A stretch of 64,000 bases of DNA from Candidatus Borrarchaeum weybense (lineage in GTDB: Archaea; Asgardarchaeota; Sifarchaeia; Borrarchaeales; Borrarchaeaceae): contig JAHQJS010000004.1 in assembly GCA_019057385.1 (NCBI GenBank), positions 514,118-578,117 of the forward strand, in the 5' to 3' direction. Shown one piece after another: positions 59,908-64,000 of the stretch; the stretch's first letter is position 1, and every line of letters begins with the position of its first letter. The position numbers and the translations under genes were made by a program. The notes under the pieces are model-generated. The model saw only the letters and a list, made by a program, of their open reading frames with translations. It searched no databases and was not told where the DNA came from.

Positions 59908-62280
59908 TCAACTGATTTTCAGGACTACAACTTCATCAGTGTCTAACGGAAGTTGAACTCCTTTTGTAATAAATTCTTCTTTCGCAAATGTTTGTGAGTC
60001 AACTGCCTTGTATTTTCCTCGATTGTTGTTTGAGAAGATCACATCAACGCGAAACTCTTCTTTGTTTCCTAAATTGAAATGCTCCAAATCACGAATCTTG
60101 AAAGTTCGGGATCTGGATATTCCTCGATTTATCAAAAAGAATAATGTACAATCCTCTGCAATTCTGGCTACAGTTTCTACGTACTCGCAACCTGCTATCT
60201 TTCTTTCAATCCCTGTCATTATTAGACACTGATCGATGAAGTTAAGGTATTCTGAATGTCTTTCCTCAGATTGTTCATAATATCTCCATGTTATGAACGG
60301 AGCCCCTATAATTGTTCCAAGGACGATTATTTTTCCGTTACCGTATGAATTCACATAACCAATCATATTATCTTTATCATCAGCTAGAAATGGTTCGACA
60401 TTGGCACGTTTATCAAATTCCAGTGTTAGAGCGTGCCCACGAACCATAGTTCCTTTCGGTTCTAAACGTAATACTTCACTTGGATTAAAGACATTATGGA
60501 TGGCGTTGATTAGTATATGCATAGAATCGAGGACGAACAGCGAGTCTTTATGTTTAATCTTAGAGCGGTCAAATAGTGCATATTTGGCGAAAGAAAGTCC
60601 GGTTTTTAGATAGGCTAAAGGTCGGTTTATTACTCTTAATCTCAGATCAGAACCTATAGGTTCTGCTGGAAAGAGTTTCTCGTATCCCTCAAGGATTATG
60701 CCATTTTGGTCATATTTTATGATTTCTGGCAAAACAATAAGTGACCCTCCGCGTTCGACATAATGAAAGAGCTTTTGGAAGTTTTCTTTGTCCATAAAAC
60801 CTTTACTAACCATAAAAACGAGTTTATACTTTAAGAGATCGTCTGTAGTCAACGTCTCTAGGGTGAGTACTTCTGGATCGTATCCCGCAGACAAGATCAT
60901 CCCCATCAACCCATATTGAGAGAAGTCAACAACTGCGTCGGTTGGATTCTGAGAGATCATTCGATTATTTGAAAGATATTCGACTATGGCTATTGGATCG
61001 TGAACTTCCTTTGAATTTAAGAGTAATTCTTTGTTATCTAAAACAAATTCATTAACCTTTTTAACGGCATCAAATCGGGTTGTCTTTTCCCCTTGTAAAT
61101 CAATGGCGGTCTTCCAAATGTATTCAGATCCATCTACCTCTCTGCAATCTGCTATTAAGTACCAATTAAACCCACAAACGCCATGAGCAATTAGTTGCAT
61201 AGCTAATTGTATAGTCTGTGCGTTTGAAACATTTGAGGAGGGATCAAACCAACCACATTGAAGCTCAGTAATTATCTGTGGCCAATCTAATAAAAAATTT
61301 TTGAATAGGTGACCAGTATATGATCCCATAAAGGGTAAGTCAAACGTATATGAATGACCAAAGAATTTCGCATAGATATCAGGAAACACTGGTCCTTGAG
61401 CAATGGTCATTTTGTCATAAGAAGAAATCGGGCTGAATGGAAAGGATGGATCATTGAAAAATATGGGTACATTAACTCCCTTTTCTTGTACTTTTTTTTG
61501 TATCATGTTTTTTAATGTCCGTAAATACTTCGCAACATAGTTTTCAAGGAATTCATGCCAATCTGCAAATTCTTCTTTAAGTTCAGGTCGAATCCAGCCA
61601 TGAGGGGGTCTAATTTTTGAAAAATCTTTGAAAGAACTTTTCCATACTCTATTCAAAGCATCTATCGCTGAATTATACTTCTCCTTTAACCAATTTATGA
61701 ACTGTCTGAGCGTATAGGGATTGTGATCTCGCTTATTTGTGTTTGCTACGAGTAATTCGCCGGCTTCATTATCTGGCTGGATGGCTATTATAGTCCCATC
61801 TTCAATAAAAGGCAAAAGAACCTGATCAAAGAGCGCATCATACCAATTCTTCACCTTTTTTAGAAAGCTTGGGTGTCTTACTGTAACCTCTTTGTATATT
61901 TTTCCATTGCTTTCAACCTGTAATATCTCTGGATATTCTTCCCGAAGCCAATCTGGAATACCATAGCCGGCATATTCGGCAAAGATATAGGGACCAGGTC
62001 TAACTACAAGTTTATAACCTAGTCGTTTGACGATTGAGATAAATTCAGCAAGATTTCTCTCAGGGACGGTGTTACCTTCGTAATCAAATTGACCTTCATT
62101 AATCTCATGCCAAATCCAAGGAATGTAAGTAGAAATTGTATTAAACCCCGCGTCTTTTAATTGAGTTAAACTACTCTCCCATAAATCCCTCGGAATGCGA
62201 AAATAATGATATGCGCCGCTTATAAGAGTAAAAGGTTCCCCATCAACAAACCAAACATTATCTTTGATCTCAGACGTCAT
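59908..62280 (-). CDS. Glycoside hydrolase family 35-like beta-galactosidase
   Basis: GAYHYFRIPRDLWESSLTQLKDAGFNTISTYIPWIWHE and the acid/base-region-like QPDNEAGE. Confidence 0.7.
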   Translation of the reverse strand: MTSEIKDNVWFVDGEPFTLISGAYHYFRIPRDLWESSLTQLKDAGFNTISTYIPWIWHEINEGQFDYEGNTVPERNLAEFISIVKRLGYKLVVRPGPYIFAEYAGYGIPDWLREEYPEILQVESNGKIYKEVTVRHPSFLKKVKNWYDALFDQVLLPFIEDGTIIAIQPDNEAGELLVANTNKRDHNPYTLRQFINWLKEKYNSAIDALNRVWKSSFKDFSKIRPPHGWIRPELKEEFADWHEFLENYVAKYLRTLKNMIQKKVQEKGVNVPIFFNDPSFPFSPISSYDKMTIAQGPVFPDIYAKFFGHSYTFDLPFMGSYTGHLFKNFLLDWPQIITELQCGWFDPSSNVSNAQTIQLAMQLIAHGVCGFNWYLIADCREVDGSEYIWKTAIDLQGEKTTRFDAVKKVNEFVLDNKELLLNSKEVHDPIAIVEYLSNNRMISQNPTDAVVDFSQYGLMGMILSAGYDPEVLTLETLTTDDLLKYKLVFMVSKGFMDKENFQKLFHYVERGGSLIVLPEIIKYDQNGIILEGYEKLFPAEPIGSDLRLRVINRPLAYLKTGLSFAKYALFDRSKIKHKDSLFVLDSMHILINAIHNVFNPSEVLRLEPKGTMVRGHALTLEFDKRANVEPFLADDKDNMIGYVNSYGNGKIIVLGTIIGAPFITWRYYEQSEERHSEYLNFIDQCLIMTGIERKIAGCEYVETVARIAEDCTLFFLINRGISRSRTFKIRDLEHFNLGNKEEFRVDVIFSNNNRGKYKAVDSQTFAKEEFITKGVQLPLDTDEVVVLKIS

Positions 62281-62518
62281 ATTCTAACATCCCTACTCTC
62301 TACTTCAATATTTTCAAAAACAATATGTAAAACTTTTCGGTCTAAAATTGAATACTTTATAGGGCATCTTTTTTAAAAAGCCAAGTCATATGCTTTTTAC
62401 TACTATTTTGTTAATTTATCTCAATATATTGCTTGCTGAAAACGTTTAATTTACCAACTTGTTGAACATACTAGAAAAATTCAATAAAATAAAAAAACAA
62501 TAATCCTTGATTGGGTGA

Positions 62519-63220
62519 TTGATCACACCCCAGTTCACCTATAATATCATATATAACCAGGGGAATTATTTGAAAGAGAAGACAAAAATAAAATTTAGAA
62601 GAGAGGTAAGCCGAAAACTATTCCATCTCACTATTCTAGTTGTTGTCATTCTATATTATTTTTCTAATAAGCCAACAACTCTATTATGGTGTTCTATTTT
62701 TTTGTTGGGGTTTGTTGTATCAGATATCATTCGTGTAAAAGCCTATTACTTATTTCCTTTACGAAAAATGGCGGATACAGTCACGAGGCCGTTCGAAAAG
62801 CGAACTTTAGGTGCTGCTGTCTACTTCACAATAGGTGCATTGACTACAGTTTTTTTATTTGAAAAGATAATCGCTATCGCAGCAGTTACTATCGCAGCAG
62901 CCGGAGATGGGATGGCAGCAGTTACTGGAATTGCTCTTGGAAGACACAAGATTTCTAAAGATTCACAAAAGACAGTTGAAGGGGCAATAGGTGCGTTTCT
63001 TACCAGTTTAGGTCTTAGTATATTTTTCTTCTTTGAAACACCTTTATTTTGGCCAATTATTATTTCGATAGTAGCTGCAAGTGTAGTTGTTTCAGTTGAC
63101 TTAGTTGAGTTGCCGATTGATGATAACCTTATCCTGTCAATCATTCTAGGTTTCGCAATTACATATGTTCATCTTGCCCGTTTTTATATGAGTGATATTC
63201 TCAGCATTATCTTCTTTTAA
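62519..63220 (+). CDS. Polytopic CTP-dependent kinase/cytidylyltransferase-family protein (dolichol kinase-like)
   Basis: Six to seven TM helices and KTVEGAIGAFL, which is typical of the CTP_transf_1/dolichol kinase family. The start codon is uncertain. Confidence 0.5.
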   Translation: MITPQFTYNIIYNQGNYLKEKTKIKFRREVSRKLFHLTILVVVILYYFSNKPTTLLWCSIFLLGFVVSDIIRVKAYYLFPLRKMADTVTRPFEKRTLGAAVYFTIGALTTVFLFEKIIAIAAVTIAAAGDGMAAVTGIALGRHKISKDSQKTVEGAIGAFLTSLGLSIFFFFETPLFWPIIISIVAASVVVSVDLVELPIDDNLILSIILGFAITYVHLARFYMSDILSIIFF

Positions 63221-63245
63221 GAAACCCAGTTTGGCTAAAATGCAT

Positions 63246-64000
63246 TTATTGATTCTTTCGCTTGCCAATACGAGCAGAATGTAGAAAGAGCCCTATAATG
63301 AGAATAAATGGTATAAAAAATCCAACAACAAAATTAAAGGCTGATATCTTGATTGAAATGATGAATTCCACAGCATAAACAATATTTAGATTGAACGCGA
63401 AAGGCTTAAAGAGAATAATAAGTCTAAGTGTTTTTTCTCCAAAAGTGTAGGGGATCAAAGACGATTGTACTTCAATTGAAATATGATTCGATCCTTCTGT
63501 AATGTTAAAAGGCTTCTCAAATCTCTCAAATCCTCCTGATTCTGATTCTACTCGAACAAATAAATTAGAGCGATTTTGTAGACTGAAAATATTAATTGTT
63601 AATATCACAGATGCTCCTTGGACAACACTGGTTGCGCCAACAACAATTTCAGTAACATCTAAGACGAACCACCCGAAAATATTTAAAAGAAGGTTCCTTG
63701 CTTCCCCTTCAAGAAATTCGTTACTAAAAAGATCAGAATCCCCTATAGCTACGATTTTTCCACTTTTTAACCGACTTGATGTCAATACTGTTGCATTTGA
63801 GGGACTAGCCTCTAAGGAAGTAAATGCGATTGGTCTACCACCAAATATTGAAGTCGCATTATAGAGCGTGAACTCCTGAACATCAGTAGTATTGATAATA
63901 GGATGCTTAGAGAATCTTGAAATTGTTGGCTGATCAGGACGGCCATCATTGCTACTGACATCTTCAATAAGTTCTTGGTCAAATTCTATTCCAAAATGCG
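63246..64000 (-). CDS. Partial CDS (N-terminus beyond the window): GldG/DUF4350-like extracytoplasmic protein with a C-terminal TM anchor
   Basis: I checked by hand that the minus-strand frame has no stop from 63785 to the window edge. KIVAIGDSDLFSNEFL is a GldG-like motif. Confidence 0.55.
   Translation of the reverse strand, partial: HFGIEFDQELIEDVSSNDGRPDQPTISRFSKHPIINTTDVQEFTLYNATSIFGGRPIAFTSLEASPSNATVLTSSRLKSGKIVAIGDSDLFSNEFLEGEARNLLLNIFGWFVLDVTEIVVGATSVVQGASVILTINIFSLQNRSNLFVRVESESGGFERFEKPFNITEGSNHISIEVQSSLIPYTFGEKTLRLIILFKPFAFNLNIVYAVEFIISIKISAFNFVVGFFIPFILIIGLFLHSARIGKRKNQ

Noticed and set aside
1-64000. A CRISPR array that could partner the RAMP genes.
   Set aside because: I scanned the intergenic regions for regularly spaced 25-40-nt direct repeats and found none. 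The only repeats are the ~130-nt structured elements, which are separated by genes.

Overview
This window is an AT-rich archaeal chromosomal segment. Archaeal markers include an HMf-type histone, a Sec11-type signal peptidase, a Dpo4/DinB polymerase, HdrCBA with a fused MvhD domain, KorAB, and TATA-box and oligo-T transcription signals. The gene content fits an anaerobic Asgard/Lokiarchaeia-like archaeon, but that placement is inference only.

Most of the window is ordinary core and envelope biology:
- DNA repair and central metabolism: mutS (3' end) and mutL, and glycerate kinase.
- Two protein-glycosylation gene groups (GT2, GT-C/GT39-like, and a DedA-AlkP fusion).
- Housekeeping enzymes: an M50 protease, a GNAT acetyltransferase, a LarA-like protein and an MBL hydrolase.
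- DinB next to two divergent DUF72 paralogs.
- Signalling and surface proteins: a PAS histidine kinase plus two receiver proteins, and an LRR protein.
- Energy and redox genes: a GltD/SudA-like oxidoreductase, KorAB, a radical-SAM activase and HdrCBA.
- A GH35 glycosidase.

The unusual part is an accessory stretch at about 8.9-25.7 kb. It holds these elements:
1. An orphan RAMP cassette. It has a type III-like Cas7 (Csm3/Cmr4-like) gene and a Cas6-like ORF. The Cas6-like ORF is joined to an ORF with an HD-like motif through an A8 slippery run. I see no cas1, cas2, cas10 or CRISPR array anywhere in the window.
2. Copies of a conserved structured RNA of about 130 nt that interleave with that cassette. 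The copies show compensatory base changes. A third copy lies 38 kb away at 48.7 kb and has its own promoter and terminator.
3. A decayed IscB-like start (the PLMP motif) preceded by a structured leader of about 270 nt in the canonical omega-RNA position. This leader shares collinear sequence blocks with the repeated RNA.
4. A 1337-aa protein with a beta-sandwich repeat region and a C-terminal NACHT domain, next to a polytopic membrane partner.
5. A Cys-rich protein with an Rx4H (HEPN-like) motif, next to a membrane protein.
6. A tRNA 3'-half fragment.

A GC-rich structured RNA of about 380 nt also lies at 31.85-32.23 kb. It is a candidate RNase P RNA, but its identity is unresolved.

All functional calls rest on motif recognition by eye; no database search was possible.
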